A stretch of DNA of 64,000 nt from Candidatus Komeilibacteria bacterium. Lineage in GTDB: Bacteria; Patescibacteriota; Patescibacteriia; UBA1558. Where the stretch lies: the NCBI GenBank assembly GCA_048538235.1, contig JBLYPX010000001.1, positions 328,013 through 392,012 on the forward strand, read 5' to 3'. A program made the translations under genes and the position numbers. Position 1 is the first letter of the stretch, and the number at the start of each line of letters is the position of its first letter. The notes below the pieces were generated by a model. The model was not told the origin of the DNA and did not search any database. It worked only from the letters and a program-made list of their open reading frames with translations. Positions 47,904 to 57,872 of this stretch are shown here, piece by piece.

Positions 47904-49166
47904 TTAAGGTAAATAGTTTAATGGGTTAACAGGTATTCCGTTTTGTCTTATCTCTAAATGAAGATGAGGACCTGAAGTTAATGCACCTGCACCAGCTGTC
48001 CCAGGCATTCCCCCACTATATCCAATAATCTCACCCTGTACCACAAATGTATCCTCAGCTACTATCATCCTATTCATATGACCATATACTGAAGATATAC
48101 CTTCATTGTGTACAAGCATAATATAATTATATCCACCAGTACTACCAGTGTCTCTAACCTTAGCCACATAGCCAGATTTAACAGCTCTAACTGGTGTACC
48201 TTGAGGAGTTGAGCCAATATCTATAGCAGGATGTTCAAATATATGTCTATATGGATAATCTGGATCATGAAATGAAGCTGTAACACGTCTGGATGGTACT
48301 GGCCATATATAACCACTCTCAGAAGCTAAGAATTCTTCACCCTTTAATTCATACAATCTTTTACGAGCTTCTATTTCTAATGAATATATTTCATTATTAA
48401 TAGCTTGTTGCTCTGCTTTTAATTGAGCTACTAAATTAGCATACTTAGATTCCTCACCTTTAGTAGCAGCTAGTAAACTATCCTTTACAGATTTCTCACT
48501 ATCTAGCTTTTCTTTATTGGATGATAATCTATTATTTAAATCATCCAACTGATCATTCTTTTGAATAAGTAAATTCTTTTGTCTAGATAATTCATTCTTC
48601 TTATCTGTTAAAGATTCAAGTTCAACTTGCAGTCCAGCATGTATTTTATTTAATTCATTAATGTATGAAAAAAAATCTCCAATAGAACCTTTAGTAGAAA
48701 TAAAATTAGCAAGCTTACTTTGATGTGAATTAGTATTTAATGTTCTTAATAGACCAGTGATCTTATCTTCTTGTGAAGCTATACTTTCTTCATTCTCTTC
48801 TAAAACTAATTCTAATTGTTTAATTTGCAAGTTAACTGACTCTTTTTCCAAAGCTATGGTTTGTATTTCAATATTTATCTTAGCCCTAACTTGATCAATA
48901 TCATTTATCTGAGAGCTTAAGGTAGATATTTGTTGTCTAGATTTATTCAAATTCTGTTCATATATCTCCTTTTGCTTATTAAGCTCCTCTATTTGTCTTT
49001 GTTTGTCTTTAATGTCATCCTGCAGACCAGTTAATTCATCTGTAGATACAGCAATTGTTAAAGCTTGAACATTTGTAGATAAAATAAAAAGACTAATAAG
49101 AATTAGTCCAATAATACGTATGACTCCCCTTTTTTTTATTAGTTTTGTTTTTATTTTATTAACCAT
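47904..49166 (-). CDS. Coiled-coil M23 peptidase (EnvC/MepM-like)
   Basis: Signal peptide, long coiled coil, HPAID, YGH, GPHLHLE; start moved to MVNKIK. Confidence 0.9.
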   Translation of the reverse strand: MVNKIKTKLIKKRGVIRIIGLILISLFILSTNVQALTIAVSTDELTGLQDDIKDKQRQIEELNKQKEIYEQNLNKSRQQISTLSSQINDIDQVRAKINIEIQTIALEKESVNLQIKQLELVLEENEESIASQEDKITGLLRTLNTNSHQSKLANFISTKGSIGDFFSYINELNKIHAGLQVELESLTDKKNELSRQKNLLIQKNDQLDDLNNRLSSNKEKLDSEKSVKDSLLAATKGEESKYANLVAQLKAEQQAINNEIYSLEIEARKRLYELKGEEFLASESGYIWPVPSRRVTASFHDPDYPYRHIFEHPAIDIGSTPQGTPVRAVKSGYVAKVRDTGSTGGYNYIMLVHNEGISSVYGHMNRMIVAEDTFVVQGEIIGYSGGMPGTAGAGALTSGPHLHLEIRQNGIPVNPLNYLP

Positions 49167-49186
49167 AAATATATTATAGCACAAAA

Positions 49187-50614
49187 CTACAACTTTTTCA
49201 AGGCTATATTTATTCTTCTAATAGATTCATCTTTACCAAGTTCTAATAATAGCTCAACTGGTGATTCACTCTTTTCCTTACCAGACAGTGCCATTCTTAT
49301 TGGCCAAAACACATCGCCATTACCTAAATTTGCTTCTTTAATAACTTCTTGTAGCTTTAATTGAATTAAGTTTTCATTCCATTTATTATCTTCAATAGCA
49401 GTTAATATTTCAAGAGCTAATTTTAATCCCTTAACCGTATCTTCTTTAGTACTTTTCTTAAAAATGAGTAATTCAGAATCATAATCTTCTAAATTAAAGA
49501 TGTGTGAAAATACTTCTGGTATTTCTGCAAAGTAAGATATTCTAGTATGTGCAGCAGAAGCTACAGCTTTAGTATACTTATCTATATCTATTTCAATATT
49601 CTTTTCTAAGTATTCTCTAGAAAGATTATAGAAAGTATCTAAGTCTAAATTTTGCATATACTGCAATCCAAACCAGTTTAATTTATCTAGGTCAAAGATA
49701 GCACCAGCTTTATTCATCTTATCTAAACTAAATTCTTTTTTAAGCTCATCCATGGTAAACATCTCTCTATCATTACCTGGATTCCAACCAAGCAAGGAAA
49801 TGAAATTAATAATAGCTGCTGGTAAATAGCCTTTGTTTAAATAATCTGAAGCTGCTACATCACCCTGTCTTTTACTTAATTTAGATCTATCTTTATTAAG
49901 TAATAATGGCATATGAGCAAAGGTTGGTAATTTCCAACTCAAGTATTTGTATAATAGTATATGTTTTGGTGTAGACGGTAACCACTCCTCACCTCTGACT
50001 ACATGAGTAACACCCATTTCGTAATCGTCAACAACAACTGCTAAATGATAAGTTGGAAAACCATCTGACTTCATAATAACTTGATCATCTAAATTAGCAG
50101 AGTTTATTGAAACGTGTCCGCGAATTGCATCATCGAATGATATATCTTCAGAAGCTGGCATTTTAAGTCTAATAACATATGGTTTATTAAGTTGATGCAT
50201 TCTTTTTACTTCATCTGCACTTAATTTACGACAATGGCCATCATATTTAGTTGGTTGTTTATTGGCTATCTGTTTTTCTCTAACTTCTGCAAGTCTCTCT
50301 GCTGAACAAAAACAATAGTATGCATTATTATCTTCAACTAATTTATCTGCATACTTTTTATAATTATCTAAATGCTCAGATTGATAATATGGTTTATTAT
50401 CTGGATGTATACCTAAGCTTTCTAAAGTTTCAATAATATTATCTACTGCACCTTCTACAAATCTAGATCTATCCGTATCTTCAATACGTAAGATAAACCT
50501 ACCCTTCTTTTGTTTAGCTAATAAATAGCTATAAAGGGCTGTTCTAAGACCACCAATATGTAGCATTCCAGTTGGTGATGGAGCAAATCTAGTTATTACT
50601 TTTTTCTTAAACAT
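49187..50614 (-). CDS. gltX: Glutamate--tRNA ligase
   Basis: RFAPSPTG.LHIGG, LRIEDTD, KLSKR. Confidence 0.97.
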   Translation of the reverse strand: MFKKKVITRFAPSPTGMLHIGGLRTALYSYLLAKQKKGRFILRIEDTDRSRFVEGAVDNIIETLESLGIHPDNKPYYQSEHLDNYKKYADKLVEDNNAYYCFCSAERLAEVREKQIANKQPTKYDGHCRKLSADEVKRMHQLNKPYVIRLKMPASEDISFDDAIRGHVSINSANLDDQVIMKSDGFPTYHLAVVVDDYEMGVTHVVRGEEWLPSTPKHILLYKYLSWKLPTFAHMPLLLNKDRSKLSKRQGDVAASDYLNKGYLPAAIINFISLLGWNPGNDREMFTMDELKKEFSLDKMNKAGAIFDLDKLNWFGLQYMQNLDLDTFYNLSREYLEKNIEIDIDKYTKAVASAAHTRISYFAEIPEVFSHIFNLEDYDSELLIFKKSTKEDTVKGLKLALEILTAIEDNKWNENLIQLKLQEVIKEANLGNGDVFWPIRMALSGKEKSESPVELLLELGKDESIRRINIALKKL

Positions 50615-50716
50615 TGTGCATATATTATATATTTATTACCTTTTTTAAGCAATAAATATTGACTTATAGAATATATAATGCTAAATTACTATCACTTTTA
50701 AATTATAGGAGGGATT

Positions 50717-51034
50717 ATGACCAGGTTAACAACCGCTTTACTTGAAGCTGGATTTATAGACATAACTGGTATGAATGAGGGGTCTATAAAATGCAGAAAT
50801 TTAGTACCTTTAAATCTTGCAGAAAAGCTATGTATGACAAAAACTGAAGGTGTTATTGGTGTCGTAGATAGTTATGGCCATACTTGGGTAAAACCAAATA
50901 TATTATCTACTACTGAAAAAACAGCTATTCAAAATATTGAGAAGCTGTTAAGAAGTAATAAGCAGATGAGGCGTGTACCATTTCAAGGAGATTTACAATT
51001 CCTGATGCAGGTTTGGCCACACAAGTATGATTAA
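50717..51034 (+). CDS. Orphan soluble protein (SD-led cassette)
   Basis: AGGAGGG SD; promoter TTGACT-N17-TAAATT at 50659-50687. Confidence 0.72.
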   Translation: MTRLTTALLEAGFIDITGMNEGSIKCRNLVPLNLAEKLCMTKTEGVIGVVDSYGHTWVKPNILSTTEKTAIQNIEKLLRSNKQMRRVPFQGDLQFLMQVWPHKYD

Positions 51035-51040
51035 AAATTT

Positions 51041-51066
51041 AAAACTCTGGTTAAACCCAGAGTTTT
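51041..51066. terminator. Bidirectional terminator
   Basis: AAAACTCTGG...CCAGAGTTTT. Confidence 0.82.
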
Positions 51067-51801
51067 CTATTTATCGTATCTAAAGTATAAGTACAGAAAC
51101 TTAAACACCGCATTATATATCCTCTTTATCCTACTCGGTTGTTTAATCAATCTGTAAAACCATTCAAGTCCAAGAGTTCTAAATATCTTAGGAGCTCTTT
51201 GAATAGTACCTGCTAAAAAGTCAAAAGTACCACCCAAGCCAATTGCTACTTTAACACTAGGCATTTTGTCTAAATACTCATCAATAAAAGCTTGAGCATA
51301 TGGTGCATTGTAAGCTACAAAAAGAATGGTTGGTTCCAATTGGTTAATATTACCTAAAATATTATTGTATTCATAAAGACTCGGCTCTTTAATATTTACA
51401 AACCCTGACATATATCCAACAATGTTTATGTTTGGATTAATCTGCTTTAATTTTTTAGAAGCTGCATAACCAATACCTTCTCTACCACCTAATAAATATA
51501 TCTTTTCTTTAGAAATGTATTCTTGTTTACAAAGCTCTGTTACTAAATCTATACCTGTACATCTTTTAAAAGAATAGCCCTTAAATAGTCCAGCAAGTTT
51601 AATACCAAAACCATCTACAGTATTATGACTACATCTATTTAAAATATCTTTAAACTCTTCATTGTAATGAGCATCAACCAAAAATTCAGGATTAACTGTA
51701 GCAATATGGTACTGGCCATTACTATTTAAATAATCCTGTATTTGATCAATAGTATGTGGCAAACTTAACCCATCTAATCTCACTCCTAATATCTTTTTCA
51801 T
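51067..51801 (-). CDS. WecB/TagA/CpsF family glycosyltransferase
   Basis: TVNPE, DGFG, GLGGTFDF.AG..RAP...GLEWFYRL..QP.R. Confidence 0.92.
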   Translation of the reverse strand: MKKILGVRLDGLSLPHTIDQIQDYLNSNGQYHIATVNPEFLVDAHYNEEFKDILNRCSHNTVDGFGIKLAGLFKGYSFKRCTGIDLVTELCKQEYISKEKIYLLGGREGIGYAASKKLKQINPNINIVGYMSGFVNIKEPSLYEYNNILGNINQLEPTILFVAYNAPYAQAFIDEYLDKMPSVKVAIGLGGTFDFLAGTIQRAPKIFRTLGLEWFYRLIKQPSRIKRIYNAVFKFLYLYFRYDK

Positions 51802-51926
51802 AATAATTCTATACATTTACTGTTTAAAGCCTCGTATACGTCAATTTTAGCACTTTTAGAGGCATAATACCAGCTAAATATATGAATAATGTGGTATAAT
51901 ATTTGTATAAATATTAATAATTAAAA

Positions 51927-53336
51927 ATGAAACAAAAACTAATAGCTTTTTTAGGAATTATATTTTTAATATCTTCCTTTCCTTTTGCTGGTTTGGCTGT
52001 TACAACCTATGAAGATGCAGACCCTGCATATGATGAAGATTACATAATATCTGATGCTCATTTTACAGATCATGATTCAATGACATTAGAACAGATACAA
52101 GCCTTTTTAGAAGCTAGGGGTGTACTTGGAAATTATGTAGATCCACTAACACATATGACGGCTGCTTTTATTATTTACAATGAAGCTAAAACTTATGGCA
52201 TTAGCCCAAAGGTATTATTAACATTATTACAAAAAGAACAGAGTTTAGTTGAAGACGACTCTCCAAGTCAAAACCAATATGATTGGGCTACCGGGTATAG
52301 TTGTTATGCTGGTACCTGTGATGATGAATGGAAAGGTTTTTCTAGACAGGTTAAAGGTGCTGCTAGAAGATTTATGATTGGTTATTGGGATGATTTATCT
52401 ACTACTGGTTGTACTTTTACTAATTGGTGTATAAATGTAACTAAAAGAACTCAGGATGATATTTTAATTACACCTAGATCATTAGCAACTGCTGCTCTTT
52501 ATACATATAACCCATACAGGGGTAATACAGTAATGGATGGTATGAAGATTGGTGCAAATTATAATTTCTGGAAAATATGGAACAGATGGTTTTCTAATAC
52601 CTACCCGGATGGTTCGCTAGTTAAAGCTTCAAACGATAACAAGGTATATTTAATCCGTAATGGACAAAAAAGATGGATTACATCTTATGCAACACTTGTT
52701 ACTAGATATAATCCAGATTATATAATCACCATTGATCCGTCTGAACTTGCAGATTATGAAGAAGGTCCGGAAATTAAATTCCCACTATATGCTCTTGTTA
52801 AAACTCCAAATGGTTCAATCTATTTAATAGCTGATGATACAAAAAGGATGATTGTATCTTGGGAAGTATTTAGAACAATTGGATTTAATCCAGAAGAGGT
52901 TGAAGAGATATCCTTTAAAGATTTAGCTGGTATACCTTCAGGTAAAGCTTTAACACTATATGATGCCTATCCTGTTGGTGGTCTAGTGCAGTCAAAAACA
53001 ACAGATGATATATATTACATAGAAAGTGGTATTAAATACCCAGTTGTTAGTGAAAAGTTAGCTGAATTGCGCTTCCCTAGCTTAAGTATTACCACCATAG
53101 ATGATACAGAGCTAACTCAGTATGAAGAAGGTGATGTTGTTAAGTTAAGAGATGGTATTCTTGTTAAAACAGAAGATAGCTCCTCTGTTTATGTTATAGC
53201 TAATGGCATGAGAAGATTAATACCTTCTGAAGAAGTATTTAATAGTTATGGCTATAACTGGCTTAATGTTAAAACTATTTCTAGTGAACTAATGAACCTG
53301 CATCCATTGGGCGATAACCTAGAAGTTAAAGAATAA
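51927..53336 (+). CDS. Secreted protein with lysozyme-like N-terminal domain and four C-terminal (D)GxLVK..VYLI repeats
   Basis: Signal peptide; SPKVLLTLLQKEQSL, ATAALYTYNP; four repeats of about 60 aa. Confidence 0.7.
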   Translation: MKQKLIAFLGIIFLISSFPFAGLAVTTYEDADPAYDEDYIISDAHFTDHDSMTLEQIQAFLEARGVLGNYVDPLTHMTAAFIIYNEAKTYGISPKVLLTLLQKEQSLVEDDSPSQNQYDWATGYSCYAGTCDDEWKGFSRQVKGAARRFMIGYWDDLSTTGCTFTNWCINVTKRTQDDILITPRSLATAALYTYNPYRGNTVMDGMKIGANYNFWKIWNRWFSNTYPDGSLVKASNDNKVYLIRNGQKRWITSYATLVTRYNPDYIITIDPSELADYEEGPEIKFPLYALVKTPNGSIYLIADDTKRMIVSWEVFRTIGFNPEEVEEISFKDLAGIPSGKALTLYDAYPVGGLVQSKTTDDIYYIESGIKYPVVSEKLAELRFPSLSITTIDDTELTQYEEGDVVKLRDGILVKTEDSSSVYVIANGMRRLIPSEEVFNSYGYNWLNVKTISSELMNLHPLGDNLEVKE

Positions 53337-53338
53337 TT

Positions 53339-54130
53339 ATGCCAATAAATTTTGCAGCTTTAGTACCACATCCCCCATTAACCATACCAACTATTGGTAA
53401 AGATAAAACTGAACTTGTTAAGAGTACAATCAATTCTTTTGAAACTTTAGCTGAAGAAATTTATCATGCTCAACTAGATACATTAATTATAATATCTGGC
53501 CACGGTCAAATACTAGATAGCGCTTTTTCTATTAATCACTCCCCTAAGTTGAATATAGATCTAACTAGTTTTGGAGATTTAACAAAGTACAATACTTTAA
53601 AGAATAATATTGGCTTGTCTTACCAAATACGTGAGTATATTGAAACAAGACTAGCATTAAATCTCTACAGTGAAGAAAACCTAGACTACGGTTCTGCTAT
53701 TCCCCTATTCTATCTAACAAAAAATTTACCAAAGGTTAAAGTAATACCAATAAATATTGCTAGCTTGAATTATGAGAAGCATGTACAACTTGGTGAATTT
53801 ATTAAAGAAGTATGTTTTAGATCAACAGATAAGATTGGAATTATAGCTTCCGCTGATCTTTCCCATAGATTAACAGATGATGCTCCGGGTGGCTTTTCAG
53901 AGCAAGGTAAAATTTTTGACAATTTAATTATTGAGTCATTAAAGGAAAAGAAATTGAATCAAATAATAAATATCTCACCAGAACTTGTTAAAGAAGCAGC
54001 TACTTGTGGCTTAAGATCACTACTTATTCTAATAGGTGCTATTAAAAACATGAACTATACAGCTGAGGTATTATCGTATGAAGCACCAATTGGTGTTGGT
54101 TATTTAACAGTAAACTTTAAACTAAATTAA
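53339..54130 (+). CDS. MEMO1/class III extradiol dioxygenase-like (AmmeMemoRadiSam B-like) protein
   Basis: PHPP, LDYG, SADLSH, CG, YEAPIGVGY. Confidence 0.82.
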   Translation: MPINFAALVPHPPLTIPTIGKDKTELVKSTINSFETLAEEIYHAQLDTLIIISGHGQILDSAFSINHSPKLNIDLTSFGDLTKYNTLKNNIGLSYQIREYIETRLALNLYSEENLDYGSAIPLFYLTKNLPKVKVIPINIASLNYEKHVQLGEFIKEVCFRSTDKIGIIASADLSHRLTDDAPGGFSEQGKIFDNLIIESLKEKKLNQIINISPELVKEAATCGLRSLLILIGAIKNMNYTAEVLSYEAPIGVGYLTVNFKLN

Positions 54131-54412
54131 ATGGATTCATTAAAAGATTTACTAAAATTAGACGAACGTGAAGAACAGCCAGATAAATGTCAGTATCCAT
54201 GGCAAGATTTAGCTAAAGAGATAGCTGAAAGTATTCCAGATACGAATAAGTATAAAAAAAGGAATGCTGTTTTTAAAGTTTGTAAACAAAATCCATCTGC
54301 TGCTGAAGCAGCTTTTAAAGATACAAAGGAATTAGGAAAGATGCATATATTGTACTTTTTTAAGACTTTCTATGAAATAGATAAAAGGCAAAAGACTGGA
54401 CAAGATAAGTAA
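54131..54412 (+). CDS. Hypothetical protein
   Basis: Abuts the upstream stop in an apparent operon. Confidence 0.65.
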   Translation: MDSLKDLLKLDEREEQPDKCQYPWQDLAKEIAESIPDTNKYKKRNAVFKVCKQNPSAAEAAFKDTKELGKMHILYFFKTFYEIDKRQKTGQDK

Positions 54413-54440
54413 ATTATACTAAGATTTGCTTTACAAAATT

Positions 54441-54923
54441 ATGATATTAAATGTACTAACATATCCAAATAAGTTTTTACGTACTAAAGGTAAAACTGTA
54501 CGTAATATCTTAGCTCCTGAAACACAGGAGTTTATTGCTAATTTAAAAGAGACTATGCTTAAAAAGGATGGTGTTGGACTAGCTGCTAGACAAGTTGGTA
54601 GAGAGGAAAATATTTTTGTAGTAAATATTGGCGCTTCTATTCTAACCTTTATTAATGCTAAGATTATTTTCAAATCTATGAATAAAATAGAGTTTGAAGA
54701 AGGTTGTCTATCTGTACCTAAGGTTTATGGTATGGTTAAAAGATCTAAATCTATTTTAATTAGCTATTATGATGAATTAGGCCAGTTCATAATTAAGAAG
54801 TTTACAGATATGCCAAGCATTGTTATACAACATGAGTATGATCATAATAGAGGTATATTATTTATAGATAAAGTCAATAAATTTACAAACGGCTTTGAAA
54901 ATATAAAAGATGTTAAAGAGTAA
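54441..54923 (+). CDS. def: Peptide deformylase
   Basis: GVGLAARQ, EGCLS, QHEYDH. Confidence 0.95.
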   Translation: MILNVLTYPNKFLRTKGKTVRNILAPETQEFIANLKETMLKKDGVGLAARQVGREENIFVVNIGASILTFINAKIIFKSMNKIEFEEGCLSVPKVYGMVKRSKSILISYYDELGQFIIKKFTDMPSIVIQHEYDHNRGILFIDKVNKFTNGFENIKDVKE

Positions 54924-55839
54924 ACTAGTATTTCTATCTTCAGATAATATTGCTATCCCCTGTTTAGATAGTTTAAAAAAAGATTATGATGTTTTAGTAA
55001 TAACTAAAACAGATAAACAACAAAAAAGATCTTCTCAAAAAAAAGCTAATGACTTTGCTAGCTATTGTGAAGATAATAATTTAGATATTATTAAAATAGA
55101 TAAATTTACTGATGAGATAATAGATAAATTAAAAAACTATGCAGCTGAATACGCTGTCTGTTTTTCTTTTGGTTTAATTATTCCAAATAAAGTATTAGAT
55201 CTTTATCCTAATAAATTATTAAATGTACATCCTTCTAACTTACCAAAGTATAGAGGTCCTTCCCCTATTCAAGCAGCCCTACTTAATGGAGATACACAAA
55301 CTGCTATTTCTTTCATGATTATGGACGCTAAAATGGACGAAGGTGATGTTTTACAACAAATTAGTATAGATATTAAGCCTGAAGACAATTACACCACCTT
55401 AAGCAATAATATAGCTCAAATAGCTGGAGATAATATATCTAAAGTACTTGCAGATTATATGTCTGGTAGTATTAAACCTATGCCACAAACAGACAAGGCT
55501 ATTTATTGTAAAATGATTAAAAAAGAAGACGCTGAGATAGATTATTCTAAAACAGCTCAAGATATATATAATATGTACAGAGCATATTATGAATGGCCTA
55601 AACTATATACATATTGGAATGATAAAAAAATAATCTTAATTGAAATTGAGCTTAGTAGTCTTGTTAAAAAAAATATTGGAGATATATATACAGAAGATAA
55701 TAATGTATTATTACAACTTAAAGAAGGTTCTCTAATACTAAAAGAAATACAACTTGAGGGTAAAAAAAATATGCCTATTAAGGCATTTATTAACGGATAC
55801 AAAGAATTTATTAATTCAAATATTAATTCTTCTCAGTAA
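54910..55839 (+). CDS. fmt: Methionyl-tRNA formyltransferase
   Basis: NVHPSNLPKYRGPSPIQ, MDEGD; follows def. Confidence 0.93.
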   Translation: MLKSKLVFLSSDNIAIPCLDSLKKDYDVLVITKTDKQQKRSSQKKANDFASYCEDNNLDIIKIDKFTDEIIDKLKNYAAEYAVCFSFGLIIPNKVLDLYPNKLLNVHPSNLPKYRGPSPIQAALLNGDTQTAISFMIMDAKMDEGDVLQQISIDIKPEDNYTTLSNNIAQIAGDNISKVLADYMSGSIKPMPQTDKAIYCKMIKKEDAEIDYSKTAQDIYNMYRAYYEWPKLYTYWNDKKIILIEIELSSLVKKNIGDIYTEDNNVLLQLKEGSLILKEIQLEGKKNMPIKAFINGYKEFINSNINSSQ

Positions 55840-57319
55840 CCCAAAAACCTAATCTAAACTTGCCACCCAACATTAATCTTGTTTGAGCATCTGTTGCTGG
55901 TATAGAACCAAATAAAATCATAGAGATTGGGAATACAAGCCACTGTACAACCATAATTAAATATTTGGTCCAGTGGTATTTTTTTGGTTTAACCGGAAGT
56001 ATGATTGTAGAAAATATAGCTGTAACTAGTAAACCAATCATACCAATACCCATAATTGTTTCTAAAATATATGGCGCTTGTTGAGCAATATATGTAGACT
56101 GTACTTGTTTGTCAGCCATCCATAAAGGCAACCTACCCATAATTAATATAATTAGTGGAGCGGTTGCCCACGAATATACACCCTCTGTCTGGTTCCATAA
56201 ATATCTTAACTTCTTAGTAAATGGAATAGACTTTTTCTTAGCAAAGTTCCAAGCCATGTATGGAAAATGCTCTACACCCCAAGCCCATCTTCTCATTTGC
56301 TTGTATTGATTAATTAAAGATTGGTAAAACTTACCCATATATACAGTATTCATAGAAACTGCTACATACATAGGCTTTACTTTGTAATCTCCATTATAGT
56401 AGATAAAACATTGTAAAAATATTCTAGAGTCTTCTGTTACAATATCTTTTTGCCAAAAACCAATATCTGTTAAAGCACGCCAACTCATTGAATGAGAAGA
56501 AAATGTAAATAGTCTTTCAGATCTTGCTAAATCTGTAAGTAACCAAAAAGTTGTTGAATTAGCAACAACTCTAGTTATGAAATTAGATTCCCAAATATTA
56601 TTATGGTAAAAAGCTAAAGGTTGGTATGAGTATCTAGTAGGATTCTCTGTTGTTAGATACTGGTATGTTAAATAACTAAAGTATTGCTCACTAACTTGTG
56701 TATCTACATCAAATGTTGAAACAATTATCTTATCATAATCCCAACCTTTTTCATCTACATATTTTTTAACTTGATGACCTGCATAATTTAAATTAGAACC
56801 TTTACCCGGCACTTCATCTGGTAAATCAGTTGGGTGAACAGTAATAATTAAATCTGCAAATACACCTTGGTACTTTCTTTCAATCTCACCTGCTATCTTT
56901 AAAAAGTTTTCTTCATCTCTACCTTCACCAGCAAGTACTAAAGTCATTTTATCTGCTGGATATTTAGCATTAGATAATATTTTAAAAGTCTCATCAATAA
57001 CACTAAAAGGTTCTTTGTAGGTTGGTAAGAATATAATATGATGATAATCTTTCCAATTTTTATCTTTAATAGTCTTTACCTTGGCCATCCAATCTATCTT
57101 AATATCTTTATGGTATCTAACCCAGGAGATCAGTAAAAAGACAAGCATATATGTAATTCTAGTAAACCAGTATAGATCAAAAGCTATTATGAAATATATA
57201 GCTGCTAAGGGATTTAAAATAGATAAACCTATACAAAAAATAAAAGTAATCCAGACAAGTATGCCCGGAAACATTTCAAGTAACCTATATAGATAGTAAT
57301 TCTTAGATTTGATCTTCAT
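55823..57319 (-). CDS. Membrane processive GT2 glycosyltransferase (cellulose-synthase-like)
   Basis: GKGSN, DVD, TED and QMRRW motifs; TM helices. Confidence 0.88.
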   Translation of the reverse strand: MKIKSKNYYLYRLLEMFPGILVWITFIFCIGLSILNPLAAIYFIIAFDLYWFTRITYMLVFLLISWVRYHKDIKIDWMAKVKTIKDKNWKDYHHIIFLPTYKEPFSVIDETFKILSNAKYPADKMTLVLAGEGRDEENFLKIAGEIERKYQGVFADLIITVHPTDLPDEVPGKGSNLNYAGHQVKKYVDEKGWDYDKIIVSTFDVDTQVSEQYFSYLTYQYLTTENPTRYSYQPLAFYHNNIWESNFITRVVANSTTFWLLTDLARSERLFTFSSHSMSWRALTDIGFWQKDIVTEDSRIFLQCFIYYNGDYKVKPMYVAVSMNTVYMGKFYQSLINQYKQMRRWAWGVEHFPYMAWNFAKKKSIPFTKKLRYLWNQTEGVYSWATAPLIILIMGRLPLWMADKQVQSTYIAQQAPYILETIMGIGMIGLLVTAIFSTIILPVKPKKYHWTKYLIMVVQWLVFPISMILFGSIPATDAQTRLMLGGKFRLGFWVTEKN

Positions 57320-57872
57320 TTTCTACTATTTGTGGCAATACATCATTAATAGATAAATCACCTACTCTTAGATACATATATTGTACTTTTGAGTCAGAAT
57401 TGTCAAATAAAATAGTATCTGGCAAATCATTATCATTTAAAAACACGCTTACATTTTCACCATACATCTCAGCTGCATAATAGCTAGTATTTTCTTTGTT
57501 ATTATAACTCAAGCCCTGTTTCATAGCACTTACTACCTGGTACGGATCATACTTAGTTAAAAAGTCGCTAAAATTACTACTAGGAGCCACTAATCTATCT
57601 TGATTATATACTTTTAAAGTGTCTGTACTTAAATCATAATAGAACTGTATTTGTTCGTCTTGTTGAAACTTAAGTAAGTTATCATACCTCCACAAAGTAT
57701 ATGTAACATTATCATAAGTCAATTTTACTTCATAATTATTTACAGGGTCTAAAACCAAACTATTTTCTTGAGTAACAACTCCCCCACTTTGCCAAGCTAA
57801 ATAAACAAATATTGCAATAAGTATTATTACAAAGAATATAAAACCTTTAATATTTGTTCCTTCTCTAAACAT
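57303..57872 (-). CDS. Hypothetical membrane-anchored exported protein
   Basis: N-terminal TM; overlaps its neighbours as in an operon. Confidence 0.7.
   Translation of the reverse strand: MFREGTNIKGFIFFVIILIAIFVYLAWQSGGVVTQENSLVLDPVNNYEVKLTYDNVTYTLWRYDNLLKFQQDEQIQFYYDLSTDTLKVYNQDRLVAPSSNFSDFLTKYDPYQVVSAMKQGLSYNNKENTSYYAAEMYGENVSVFLNDNDLPDTILFDNSDSKVQYMYLRVGDLSINDVLPQIVENEDQI

Noticed and set aside
14534-54440. Extended N-termini in the track for secA, 17274, 26822, 32045, 37220, 49184, 51816 and def
   Set aside because: The extensions run through promoters, terminators or upstream genes. Downstream ATGs fit the family starts or SD positions.
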